The translations under genes were made by a program, and so were the position numbers. Below the pieces are notes generated by a model, which had not been told where the DNA came from, searched no databases, and saw only the letters and a list, made by a program, of their open reading frames with translations. From Octopus vulgaris (Eukaryota), in the NCBI GenBank assembly GCA_951406725.2, contig OX597814.1, positions 10,974,001-11,038,000 of the forward strand: a stretch of DNA of 64,000 nucleotides, in the 5' to 3' direction. Of this stretch, positions 44,603-59,348 are shown piece by piece. The stretch's first letter is position 1, and each line of letters begins with the position of its first letter.

Positions 44603-45306
44603 CTTCTATTTACAAATGTTCTGAAATCTTTCACAGTCTTTGCTTTTATCTCATTCTGATAATTGTTTTTATATATACATGCTACGTTGGACTCCTCATT
44701 CGCATAATTAACGAACCTGAGCTTAACTATAGTCTGTCCATAGCACTTACTCAGCATTTTGGGTCTTATTCATACCATTACCTCTCATAACCTATATATA
44801 TATATGTATGTATGTATGTATGTATATATATATATATACATACATACGTACATACATACATACATACATATATACATACATACGTACGTACATACATACG
44901 TACATACATAAATACATACATACATACATACGTACATACGTACAGGAGAAGAACAGCATTGACTTTGATCAGAGGTCGGCACAGTCCGTATTGATGTCAG
45001 GGCTAAATGGTTATAATATCGACACCGACAACAACACCAACAACAAGAAGTGTGCAACAGCAACAACAACAACAACAACAACGGTAACAGCATGAAATCA
45101 ATATGGTTTCAATAAATACATTGTTAAGTCGTAGAAATTTATGTCAGCACCAGAATAAACATGTGAATTTTATTCCTATAAATTTTCCTAAGACATGCAT
45201 ACAATATAACGCATGTTATAAAGTATGACAGAGATATTCAGACGGTAATTTGAATTAAGAAGCATAACAAATGGGGTGGCGATTGTATGTACAGATGTGT
45301 GTGTGT

Positions 45307-45362
<56 letters not shown>

Positions 45363-45926
45363 GTGTACAGAAATAGCCTGTGAATATACTTGCCTAGACA
45401 GATAAACATTTTATTAGCCAAATACTGAAACTTGTTTCTACGTGGCGGTTGCACTATCTCCTAGACATAGCAGCTAAACCTTTCAGGATGTTTGAAGGTA
45501 GTGCGTATTCTTTACTATGCGCATAACGCATAAAGAGGAGAATGCGTCGGTGTGCGAGTGTATGAGCATCTAACTATATTTATGTATGTATATACGTATG
45601 TACATACATATACGCATATGAACACACACACACACATAGACATATATTTATAGAGTGAGAGAGAGAGATAGGTAGAGCAAGGGAGATGAAAATAGATATA
45701 TATATATACATACATAATTCTAGGTGCTATATGTGTATACATAAATGTGAATATATATATATATATGTACATATATGTACATATATGTATATATGTATAT
45801 AATGTATATAATGTATATATATATATATATATATACAAATGTAAATATATAATATACATATATATATATGCATATTTATATCTATATGTATGTATGTGTG
45901 TATATGTATGTATATATATATATAAA

Positions 45927-45983
<57 letters not shown>

Positions 45984-46251
45984 CACATACATATACACAA
46001 GCAGACATACACACGTAATATATTATATATTACATATGTATTACATATGTAATATATCTTACAAATGTGCGTGAATGTGTGTTATATACACACACTAGAT
46101 CAATCTGCATAAAATTCCCGTTTCGAAATCAGTCAAATGCATTCGATTATTAAAAGACAAGTCCCGTTGGAACATAGTTCATTACACATCACTCATTTTC
46201 TGTTAAATCTAGGGCAACTAACAGTATAAGATGCTAGCCTTCAAGCACCTG

Positions 46252-46347
<96 letters not shown>

Positions 46348-46416
46348 ACTATCTATCTATCTTTCTATCAGTATTTATAGGCGCAGGTGTGTATACGAAG
46401 TTTGCTTCTCAACTAC

Positions 46417-46478
<62 letters not shown>

Positions 46479-46615
46479 AGAGAGAGAGAATATGAATATC
46501 CATATTTATCTCACTGTATGAGTGTGTTTGTGTGTGTGTGTTTCTGTGCGTGTTTGGTTGTGTGTCCATAAATGTATACAAGTATGAATACACTACATAT
46601 ATGGGTGGGTTTGCG

Positions 46616-46658
<43 letters not shown>

Positions 46659-46689
46659 CAAAATAAGCAACAATAATGACTCCGGTAAT

Positions 46690-46775
46690 TTGGTACAATT
46701 GTTTCGCCCTACATCATTTTATTAAAAGTTCTAAGTATTACAACAGATTTAAGATGCTGAGTGCTCGTCAGCCAA
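46690..46775 (-). ncRNA. Minimal type I hammerhead ribozyme with canonical core (Penelope-like pLTR type)
   Basis: Minus strand: TTGG-CTGACGA-GC...long stem II with CATC/GATG...GC-GAAAC-AATT-GTA-CCAA. It has a full CUGANGA/GAAA/GUH core, a 4-bp stem I and a palindromic AATT loop III. Confidence 0.75.
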
Positions 46776-47232
46776 TTAAATAGGTTTTCCATTAATATAA
46801 AAGCTTTCAAATCAAGTAGCAACATTATAGAGAAGGTAGATATACAGACAAAGATGTAGATTTAAATTTTAAGAACATATGAGCAGACACACCCACATGT
46901 AATGTTAGGAGGATGTGTGTGTGTGTATGTATGTATGTATGTATGTATCTAAAAGCACACGTACAGACGCGCATATATATAAATATTAACTGTACCGAGT
47001 GTCGCTTAGAACAACGAGTCGGATCGTCATACACTCACAGACACACACAAGCACACACCTAAACGTTTATTTGCCCATCAATATCACTCTATCGATCTAT
47101 CATTCACCTTATGAAAATCAATCTGTCAATTCACATATTTATGTATCAATTACCGAAATAGCCAGCAATTGATACGTCGGAGCGTATCTCTATACATACA
47201 GACATACACACACACACACACAAATATATACG

Positions 47233-47278
<46 letters not shown>

Positions 47279-47493
47279 AACTATATACATATATATACAT
47301 ATATATATTTTTATATATATACATATATATATACATACATATACATATATATATATGTATATTTATACATCATATATATACATATATATATATATATGTA
47401 TTTATATATATCTATACATATATATATTCATATATATGCATATATATATATATATGTATATATATATATTCATATATATACATATATATATGT

Positions 47494-47529
<36 letters not shown>

Positions 47530-47706
47530 GTATAAACATACATATATATATGTATTATGCTTAAAGAAATGATTTACAGGACCATTTAGAGAACAACGGA
47601 TTCAATACATTAGATTGTTGGTTGAAGATTTTATTGATGCTTAACTGTCATTCAGTGTGAGTTAATGTGCGTGTAGCTTTTGTACATTTGTATGAAAGTT
47701 AGTGTG

Positions 47707-47800
<94 letters not shown>

Positions 47801-48007
47801 AATATATATATATGTATCTATGTATGTATTTACGTCATTATGTATATAACAAGAGAGATTGGGTGTGGAGAGTCGACAGACAGATAGATGGATATTCGTT
47901 TGGCGATTGGTGAGCGGTTATGTGTGTAAAAATGTTTGCGTTTATATATATATATATATACATACATACACAGACATATACACATATGTATACACACATG
48001 TATACAA

Positions 48008-48065
<58 letters not shown>

Positions 48066-48393
48066 ATAATATTAAGGAGTGAGGTAAAACCAAGGCAGTC
48101 ACTTCCTTTGCACCTCTTATAGGAGGCTGGCTAGCATAACTTCCAAATAATTCAAGGCCTGATTATAAAACAATTATTTTATCATACTCACAGGGTGAAA
48201 ACTAATTATCTTAATTTCCTCAATTAAAATAATTATATACATATACATATACATATACATATATATGTGTGTGGGTGTGTGTGTGGGTGTAGATAAATAG
48301 ATACATTCATACATACATACATACATACATACATACATACATACATACATACATACATACATACATACATACATACATACATACATACATACA

Positions 48394-48424
<31 letters not shown>

Positions 48425-48879
48425 GTGTGTGTATGTAAGCATGTATATGAATATTACAAACTCATAGATAAAAAAAATTAACGTCCTCTCTCCACTGAAC
48501 TCAAATACTAATAGATAATACTCCTCTCATGGGACAAAATATAGACCATCCAAATTATGCGTAAAATAATTCACCCCTTATATACAAGGTTTTGTTAACT
48601 ACTAATGTTTATTATTATTAATTAATGTTTATTTTAAAGGTTCTAGCTCCCTTATACAGTTCTTACTAGTGAGATTTATCTGTTAAATATTTCTTAAACT
48701 TTAAGCTTCTTCTATAGTCTGCTAATTTCATTAGCAAATTATATCAAGGAGTATAACACCAACCACATTTTCTGTTGCTAATAGAAGCCGTACTGCAATA
48801 TATTTTTACCAGAAGAAAATTTTGAGCTGATAATATTAAATATATAAAACTATGTAAGTAATATATAAAACTATAAATG

Positions 48880-48922
<43 letters not shown>

Positions 48923-48991
48923 ATAAATTGTAGATAGAAAAGTAGATAGATAAATACTCCTGTAGAAGCTCCTTCTATAGATAGATAGATG

Positions 48992-49065
<74 letters not shown>

Positions 49066-49205
49066 ACCGTACATATTTTCATCTTATTTAAAGATGTTAA
49101 GCAGTAGTACTTTTCTTTTGGCAATATTTGCGAGATGAATATAACTGTGTATGTGTAACTTCACCTATGTATGTATGTATATATATGTATATATATATAT
49201 ATACA

Positions 49206-49274
<69 letters not shown>

Positions 49275-49651
49275 ATATATACTTTAAATAATCACAAAAT
49301 GGAGATAGCTTTTGATCAACAAACAAATTCAACCACATCGGTATTATTATTATTTTTTTATACAAAACATGACGTTGAAATGTTTTGTCATGTTTTCTAT
49401 TAAAAAATAATCTACCGATGTGGTTCAATTTTTTTTTTTTTTTTTTTTTTGATCAGATGTTTTCTCTATTTTCTAATTATTTAAATTTGATTCCTGAAAA
49501 GTTTTTTGTTTATTTTGTTGTTACCTGTACCCTGTGCGCATAGTGTGCTTGCATACTCATGCCCAGGTATAGCCCAGGTAATTGATACCGATAGTAAATA
49601 AGGATACTTTTAACCCTTAATCGATAACTACAACCGCTAACTCTACTTAAC

Positions 49652-49683
<32 letters not shown>

Positions 49684-50597
49684 AATAAATAAATATACAT
49701 ACATACATACATACATATATATATGTGTATGTATGTAAGTATATTTATTTATATATATGTATGTATATTTATTTAGTTAGTATGTTTATTTATTTATATA
49801 TATATATGTATATTTATGTGTGTGTGTGTATGTATTTGTGTGCGTGAGTGTATGTGAATGTATATATGTATGTATATTTCTAATATATGCTAGCAGTGTC
49901 GTCTAAACCATGGTCCTTCTGTTAATGAAAGCCAAATAACCTGAAAGTCAAATGGTACAACTGTACAATGGGCCCTTGCGCTTGATAGGTACAGTAACAG
50001 TGGATCACTAGACCTGTGAGTTGCCCTCATTGGCCCCAGATGTTGCCTTGTAAAAAGACCTTAGCATTTATGTATATTGTGTGTATCATCACTTCCTTGC
50101 ATTCATTTTGATTTCAGTGTAAAAGCCCTAAATTGCGTGTAACTTTTAAACTATATGTTATACATATTATTATTATGGATATTATTATGACAATAATAAT
50201 AATAATAATGCACTATTATTGGATATTATTGTGACAATAATAAAAAAAATGTACTATTATTGTTGTGGTTATTGTTGATTTTGTTGCTTGTGCTGGATAA
50301 ATCGGAGATTCAAAGCTTCAAAAACCAATGGTTTCCCATTGGGAAAATATAATTTATACTATACACACACACATTACATGAAACAAAGAATTTTTATGTA
50401 TGTATATATGTTTATGTTGGTGTGTATTTATGCTTGTCTGTAAGTAGGTAAGGAGATACATAGGAAAAGAGAGGCGGATGCCTGTATGAATGTATGTATG
50501 TAAGTATGTAATGAAAGACAAACAAAAGTTAACTTCCACAACACTGTAGATTCGATATTCCCCGTTGAATTCATTATACGTACACGCACACATGTAT

Positions 50598-50662
<65 letters not shown>

Positions 50663-51125
50663 CATACACATATATACAAAAAAAGAAATGTAATTGAATG
50701 TATATAGATGTACATAGATACATACACATATACATATATATATATGTGTGTGTATATATATAAATATATATATATATATATGTGTATAATATATACATGT
50801 GTGTTTATCATCTATAATATTTACGTACAAACACGTATATACAAGAAACACGCATATACATGTACACATACACACACACATACACACACATACACATATG
50901 TACATTTGTGAGAAATAATTCACTACTTATCATAGAATTTTACGGTATTTTTAAGCACTGACATATTGCACAAACATATGATAATAGAATATAGTCGAAA
51001 CTTAGAAGTGTACATATATATGTAATTTATGTATGTATGAATTGCTATTTTTGCTAATGTAATGGTTTACTAAATATCACATCTTGGAAATTATGACATG
51101 TTATATTTACGCTATAAATTGTTAC

Positions 51126-51201
<76 letters not shown>

Positions 51202-51486
51202 ATTATATGTATTTATATGTGTGTGTATTTATCTTTTATATATATATGTATATATATTTAATTGTATATATGTGTGTGTGTGTGTATTTATCTTTTATAT
51301 ACATGTATGTGTATGTATATAGGGAAAATATATCACATCATACATATTTGTTACGATGTAAATAATTTCAATACATTTACATATACATACACACACGTTC
51401 ACATACATATGTGTGTGTACGTGTATATAATAATATATATATATATATATGCATGTACATACATATATGCATATACACACACGCAC

Positions 51487-51521
<35 letters not shown>

Positions 51522-51891
51522 CGTAATATATATAATATATATATATGTATATATGTATGTATGTACATATGTTCTAACCATTTTGCTTACCTTATATTTT
51601 TTCATTAAATGTTTGCGAAATATTTCAATACTAAAAATTAGTATAATCATACTCAATGGATTACTTCTAAGGAATGCGACTGATGAGAATATTATAGATA
51701 ATGATAGCGAGAAAAATTATTGAAATTCGAGCTTGTTATTAACTGATATTTATCTCTCCCTAGACGATGTAAAATTTAAGTTCACCCCTCACCATAAGGA
51801 CGCAGTATGGTACATCGTGTGTGCAGATGTGTGTGTGTGTATGTGCGTGCGTGTGTGGATTTATGCATTTAAAGATCTTGGTTAAAATGAC

Positions 51892-51923
<32 letters not shown>

Positions 51924-51940
51924 TAATAATAATGATGATG

Positions 51941-52064
<124 letters not shown>

Positions 52065-52329
52065 AATAACCTCTGTGTGTGTGTATATATATTTATATAC
52101 ATGTGTGTGTGTATGTGTGTGTATGTTTATATGTATATATATTTATATACATGTGTGTGTGTATGTGTGTGTATGTTTATATGTATATATATATAGGTAT
52201 GTATACAAACATATATGCATATATATGCATACAACTACAGATATAGATACATATATATATATATACATGATCAATATATTTCTATATCTACATATATATA
52301 TATATTATATATTATATATTATACATATA

Positions 52330-52380
<51 letters not shown>

Positions 52381-52618
52381 TATATATATATACTTATAAA
52401 TAAATACATACAAACATACATATGTACATATGCATAAAATATCTACATATGTCCAGTTACACAATATTCACACTTTTTCAAAATTTGTTACATATTGTAT
52501 ATTTCATTGATACACCAATTACCATCACGAATGTTCTTTGATGGTTTATATTTTGTACTTGGAAGGGACCAATATCTTTGATATATTATATTATATGTAT
52601 GGGTACACCTAAATTTTG

Positions 52619-52715
52619 TTCAAAATTACTTATAAATGTAATAATAATTATTTCAAAATTACTTATAAATGTAATAATAATTATTTCATTTATAAATGTA
52701 ATAATAATTATTTCA
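52619..52715. repeat. 33-bp minisatellite, about 3 copies
   Basis: TTCAAAATTACTTATAAATGTAATAATAATTAT twice, plus a shortened third copy. Confidence 0.8.
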
Positions 52716-53145
52716 GTTTTGTCAATGTGAGTAACGGACTGAGTCCAAATTTAAGAAAAATCAAAAAGAAATAAGTGGAAATTTTACCAGTGAGTGTGTT
52801 AAATTATAAGGCACATGATGACTCTCCCCAGACACAACATAATAATAGTAATTAAATTTCCTATTTTTGGAAACCAGTTTTAATACTAGTTAGAAAAATT
52901 AGAATATTTAATTACTTTAAAAATAATTGTGTAACAATTTTTTGAAATATGTTGTTCACATTCTTGAAATTTAGTATTAACACTTACTCGCATAAAATTC
53001 AGGATGATTTTCTTTTTTATATTTTTAAAATAAAAATAAAGTATCCCGAAATATGTTGAAACAGTTTATATTTTAAGTAATGTAATTGTGCAAAATATCA
53101 TTATACATTGAATGTAGAAATTACATATATACATATATAAATATA

Positions 53146-53194
<49 letters not shown>

Positions 53195-53219
53195 CGTATA
53201 TATCTATCTATCTATCTAT

Positions 53220-53255
<36 letters not shown>

Positions 53256-53632
53256 GATAGATAGATATAGATATAGATATATTGATAGATAGATAGATAA
53301 ATAGATAGTTAAATAGATATATAAATAGATAGATAGATATATAGTTAGAAAGATATGTAAACAGGATTTTCAGATATATAATAGCTATATCTCATATGTA
53401 ATATTTATACACACATTATTCATATATTTGTTTTATAATATTTATACAATAAAAATGTACATACATATATATTTATATATATATATATAGTCATATACAT
53501 ACATATATGTAAATATGTTTACACGCACTAAGTCAGACATTTTCAAACACACCCATACACATACGTAGTTAAATATATAGATGGCTATACGAAGAATAAG
53601 AGAAAGACGATCATGGCAAATGCACACACATT

Positions 53633-53683
<51 letters not shown>

Positions 53684-53704
53684 TATAGGTAGATAGACAG
53701 ATAC

Positions 53705-53741
<37 letters not shown>

Positions 53742-53766
53742 TAGATAGATAGATAGATAGATATAC

Positions 53767-53808
<42 letters not shown>

Positions 53809-53944
53809 GTATATGTAAATATATATATATACATATATATACATATATATATATATATATAATATATATGTATATATATTTGTATATCTATTTATATATA
53901 TATGTATATTATGGATATAATAATAAAAGTTAGGTTGAACTTAC

Positions 53945-54497
53945 CGTAAACATGTGAGGAAACTATAGCACAGGGTGACGTGTTTCCTAATCGCAAGTTG
54001 ATTGACTCCGAGGTCGAACCGACTAACGTCGGCGCTAACGACGCCGTCAACGACGGCAGCCGAGAATTCGGTGACAACGTTGGGGGTGGCGGCGTCGTCG
54101 TCGTCGCCGTGGGCAGCGGCGGCGATGACGTCGACGTTGTCAAGGGTCCCGGCGACGTCGGCGTCGTCGTCCGCGACGTCCGCGACGGCGGCGTCGTCGT
54201 CGTCGTCGTCGTCGTCGTTGGTATACCACAGTTGATGTTGTTGATGATGTTGATGGTGTTAGTGTTGTGGTGGTTGATGCTGTTACTATTGTCCTTCCGA
54301 TCGACGGGCATCTTGTCGCCGAGAATTGCGGCTATAGAGAAGGCCGAGGCCTTGTCTGATAACTGACTTTTGTCCGTGTGATGATGTGTCCGTGTGTTGA
54401 CCACCATACTGCTACATTTAATAACCTCCTTGACGGCCGGTATATTCTGGCCAATGACCCCACAATCCACCACGCTTCCATTACTGTTCTCTGTCAT
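53945..54497 (-). CDS. First coding exon of a probable T-box transcription factor (Tbx20-like, or Tbx15/18/22 group); N-terminal eh1 motif plus Asn/Thr/Pro low-complexity region
   Basis: Non-microsatellite ORF starting ACCATGA. It contains QLSDKASAFSIAAILG, resembling the vertebrate Tbx20 N-terminus (QLSSRANAFSIAALM) and Tbx18 (LSLKAHAFSVEALIG). It ends at a consensus donor ACG|GTAAGT (GT at 53944-53943) after 553 nt, phase 1. The region is GC/CpG-rich against an AT-rich background. No T-box domain is seen in the window, so the family call rests on the eh1 context only. Confidence 0.75.
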
Positions 54498-55131
54498 GGT
54501 AATAACAATACCAAAACAACCAAGGGCGCTACTGTGTCTTTGATGTTTTGTGTCTCAAAAAACTCTCTATTATGTCGTATGTTGCACTGACTGTATATAT
54601 CTGTTATGTATGGAGATGAATATATGTGTTATATATGCCATGTGTATTTATGTATGTGTCTGCTTCTAAATGCTTCTTATATATATTTATGGGTATTATT
54701 ATTACGGTATGCATGTAGGCGTATGTGAGTGTATAAATTTCTGTATTATCTTATGTGTATATATATGTATATTTACTTGTGTAAAAATACATATTTACAC
54801 ATGTAAATGTAAAAAAAAAAAATTATATCTACCCGTATATATACATGTATACAAATATATTTATATAATAAATATATAATTGTATGAGTATTCGTGTGTG
54901 TATGTGTGTGTTTGTGGATGTATAAATGTGTAAATGTGTGTTTGTGTGTGTGTTTGTTTGGTACAACAAAATTCAAATAAATAAAAAAAAGATTATATAA
55001 TTACTTGGAGTGAATCTATTATTATTCCTTGCCTTTTCTCTTCTCTTTCTGGTTTTGTTTACATATATATATTATATACATATATATTATTGCCTCTCTC
55101 TCTATCTTTCACGCTTTCTCTCTCTCTCTCT

Positions 55132-55215
<84 letters not shown>

Positions 55216-55519
55216 ATATGTATATATATGTACACACACGCAGAAGTTTTTTTTTTTTAAATCGCTCTTCTGGATCCTTTTTGTTTTGCTTCTCGTTGCC
55301 TTGTCTTATGTGTTTGTACTTTAAATTTGTTGTACTCTGACGTGCTTTTTTCCCTTTTTGGGGCTGTTTGCTTTTTGATTTTTATCTTTCTTTTTTGTTT
55401 GTTTCTTTCCTTTTTTGTTTTTTTTTTGTTTTTCGCTTTTGGTCCTGTGTTTGTTTTCCGCTCTCTTCGATGTCTTGCCTGGCCTCCGCCTTGCCTTGCT
55501 TGCAGGCAAGCTCAATGCA

Positions 55520-55595
55520 AACTGATTCAACGAGCTGTCTGACGTATGAGAGATAATAAACCCTCTAGTGTGGAGTCGGCAAATGATTGGATTGG
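55520..55595 (-). promoter_or_regulatory. Putative core promoter of the T-box gene
   Basis: Minus strand has tandem CCAAT-CCAAT (55595-55586), AT-rich TTTATTAT (55560-55553), a CRE-like ACGTCA (55545-55540) and an initiator TCAGTT (55525-55520, predicted +1 at 55523). The spacing fits CCAAT at about -65 to -70 and a TATA-like element at about -30 to -37. Confidence 0.45.
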
Positions 55596-56077
55596 ACCAA
55601 AAAGAGAGACAGAGTGTCAGCGAGAGAGAGCGAGAGTGCGTGAGGGTGTGTGCGTTCGTTTTATGTACATGTACGTGTGTGTCTGTGACTGTATACGTGT
55701 ACGTACGTGTAAGCGCGCGTGTGTGTGTGTGTGTGTGTTGATAGTGTTAGTGACGTGGGTGAAAGGAAGAGAGAAATAACAATATATAAACAAATGAATA
55801 GATAGATAATTAAACACACAACACACACACGGACACACGCACACACGCGCTCACATACACTTAGAATGTGTATACGTGTGTGTATGCGTATGTGCGTGTG
55901 TGTGTGTGAGTATTGAAAGTAAATTATGATAAACACAGAAATGGAAATTATCCACTCGACAAATAGGAAATTTTGTGTTTTAACACAGAGTTGTTGATGC
56001 TAATGTATTTAGTGTTATGACAGCATTTTGTGTTGAGGTTTGCTTTGTTTTTACTGTCTACATGATATATGTATATA

Positions 56078-56159
<82 letters not shown>

Positions 56160-56218
56160 TATACATATATGTATATATATATATGTATATATATATATAC
56201 GTATATATATTTATATGC

Positions 56219-56313
<95 letters not shown>

Positions 56314-56346
56314 CATATATTTATAGATACATACATATATGTATAT

Positions 56347-56394
<48 letters not shown>

Positions 56395-56437
56395 ACATAT
56401 ACATATACATATACATATGTATATATACATACATACT

Positions 56438-56486
<49 letters not shown>

Positions 56487-56489
56487 AAG

Positions 56490-56521
<32 letters not shown>

Positions 56522-56708
56522 TGTGTGTGTGTGTGCGTGTGTGTGTAAATGTGTAGATCTACATCTATATATCTATATTCATATATGTATGATATATATA
56601 TATGTATTTCACATGTACTATATATACTATATTACAATATGCAAATATATAATAAACACATAAACTATACTATATATTGTTTTGGGGGATCGTCATGTTG
56701 CCAATATA

Positions 56709-56747
<39 letters not shown>

Positions 56748-57131
56748 CATACATATATACACTCCCATATATATATGTGTGTTTGTGTATGTTCTGTATG
56801 AGCATATACCTATGTGTATATATACACGTGTATGTGTGTACGTGTGTGTAGTGTACCTGTATATCTGTGAATATACATATATATGTGTGTTTATACGTAT
56901 ATGTATGTATATGTATACATTCGCGCGCGCGCGTGTGTGTGAGTGTTTGTTTTATGTACAGTTTATATTTAGAAGCTGTATTAATTGAAAAAGCAATCTG
57001 TACATTTAAATGGAGTAACACTTTGTAGTTTTACAATCACTGTTAGTGACTTCGAAGTTTATGTTGTAGGGGAAAATCAACATGCACATACTTCTGTTTC
57101 GTTTTTTGTATCTGTGTATGTGTGTCTATAT

Positions 57132-57191
<60 letters not shown>

Positions 57192-57464
57192 CTGTATTCA
57201 ATTTTACAGGTAATTTTTATTCTTTTTGATTTATTGGTGGTGGTGGTGGTGGTGGTGGTAGTGGTAGTGGTAGTAGTAGTAGTAGTAGTAGTAGTAGTAA
57301 TGTGGATGAATGAGAGATTCGGCAGAGCACTGGATATATGAAAAAAAAAATATGTCATGCGTTATTTAACTTCAATTCCTTCTTTAAACAGATTGAGTTC
57401 AAATCCGACATCAGGTTGAATTATCAATTCCACAACCCTGAAGGATCAGTGCAATTAATAAATG

Positions 57465-57555
<91 letters not shown>

Positions 57556-57584
57556 TAATAATAATAATAATAATAATAATGATG

Positions 57585-57654
<70 letters not shown>

Positions 57655-57660
57655 TCATAA

Positions 57661-57731
<71 letters not shown>

Positions 57732-57779
57732 GTAATTTAATAATGATAATCCTCAATGGGCATGCATAGTTTGGGGATG

Positions 57780-57831
<52 letters not shown>

Positions 57832-57873
57832 TCATAAGTAATAATAATAATAATAAGTAATAATAATAAAAAT

Positions 57874-57904
<31 letters not shown>

Positions 57905-58365
57905 TAGCCTGATGACATTTGTACCATCATCAGTTCCATAGATACGTGAGCCCCAGCTGTCTTTTTTTTTCAATTATTATGAATTATATATTTCGTCGTT
58001 GCGCTGCACCGAACCCATTATGGCTCTTGAGGCCAATATTTTATTTTAGTGTCGTTATTATCAGTAGGACACCGTGATACACAGTTCTGTGTTATTTCTC
58101 ACAGAACTCCCTTCGAGTTCGACTTTACTTTTCTTCCGTTCAGGGCCGTTAAAATATGTATCAATTCCAACACTGGATTCGCTATAAAATGACCACTAAC
58201 ACCTTCCTTCACATTTCTGGCCTTGTGCCTATAGTAGAAACGATTATTATTATTGTTGTTGTTGTTATTGTTGCTAAATGTTGATAGTTTTGTTTATACG
58301 CAAAACCCTCGACACAGTCACACACATACTCACACTCTTTGTTTTTCTTAATGTGGTTAATAAAG

Positions 58366-58486
<121 letters not shown>

Positions 58487-58529
58487 CATTATTATTATTA
58501 TCATCATCATCATCATCGTCATCATTATT

Positions 58530-58826
58530 TTAATATACAATCAAAAGATTAGACTGTTGGAAAAGACAAAATCCCTAGCATCAAGCTACATAGGTAGCCT
58601 TAGATGCCAAGAACCCTCTTCCGATGTATCTCAGCTGTCCCTAATAACACTGGTTTCTGGAGCTATACTAAACTGGGTTTTAAGCCTATTCCCTCTATCC
58701 ATCTGTTAAGATCTTCAATGCACCTATAGCTACTGGGATACATTTTACCGGCACTTTCCATAGTCTCTGTAATTCAGAGTGCTAGGTCCTGGCACTCAGC
58801 TATTTTTTTCTATACCTCTCATATTG
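58530..58826 (-). mobile_element. 3' fragment of an R4/Dong-type (REL endonuclease) non-LTR retrotransposon
   Basis: Frameshifted translation KIAECQDLAL/ELQRLWKVPVKCIPVAIGAL/DLNRWIEGIGLKPSLV*LQKPVLLGTAEIHRKRVLGI* matches the R4-clade C-terminus (K..KY.DL..E..RLW...P..IGALG...LQK..LLGTA.ILRKVL). It is embedded in (ATT)n. Confidence 0.8.
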
Positions 58827-58892
<66 letters not shown>

Positions 58893-58909
58893 GCTCTTGT
58901 TATTAAAAT

Positions 58910-59303
58910 GGCGGTGAGCTGGCAGAATCGTTAACACGCTGGGCGAAATGCTTAGCTGTATTTCGTCCGTCTTTACGTGCCGAGTTCAGATTTCACCGAA
59001 TTCGACTTTGCCTTTCATCCTTTCGGAGTCGATAAATTAGGTACCAATGAAATACTGGGGTCGATATTTTGCCACCTCCCCTAATATTTCTGGCCTTGTA
59101 CTTGGCAGAATCGTTAGTACGTCGGCCGAAATGCTTAGCGGTATTTCATCTGCCACTACGTTCTGAGTTTAGATTCTGCCGAGGTCGATTTTGCCTTTCA
59201 TCCTTTTGGGGGTCGATGAAATTGGTACCAGTTGAACACTGGGGTCGATGTAATCGACTCATCCCCTCCACCAAAATTGCTGCCCTTGTGGCAAAATTTG
59301 AAA

Positions 59304-59305
<2 letters not shown>
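58910..59305 (+). mobile_element. Two tandem copies of tRNA-derived SINE family B (58910-59101, 59102-59305)
   Basis: GGCGGTGAGCTGGCAGAATCGTTA...GAGTTCA...GACTTTGCCTTTCATCCTTTCGG.GTCGATAAATT...GTACCA...CTGGGGTCGAT, with an (ATT)n tail. The central segment resembles the Meta-type SINE domain (from memory, unverified). Confidence 0.85.

Positions 59306-59347
<42 letters not shown>

Positions 59348-59348
<1 letters not shown>

Larger units (their letters stand above)
44231..44662. mobile_element. Inverted pair of Penelope-like pseudo-LTR remnants forming a ~430-bp palindrome
   Basis: Arms 44231-44437 and 44456-44662 are reverse complements with scattered substitutions and a spacer of about 18 nt. 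Each arm carries a hammerhead motif. The left side abuts (TA)n. Confidence 0.7.

Noticed and set aside
49520-49640. Strong minus-strand donor CAG|GTAACA as an exon end
   Set aside because: The upstream acceptors I tested give in-frame stops in phase 1 and lack a pyrimidine tract.
51677-51735. CTGATGA...GAAATTCGA as a hammerhead
   Set aside because: Stems I and III cannot be formed convincingly.
52619-52715. CRISPR-like 33-bp repeats
   Set aside because: Directly tandem with no spacers, eukaryotic context and no cas genes.
53980-54366. Plus-strand Val/Gly-rich ORFs
   Set aside because: Antisense shadows of the GC-rich T-box exon.
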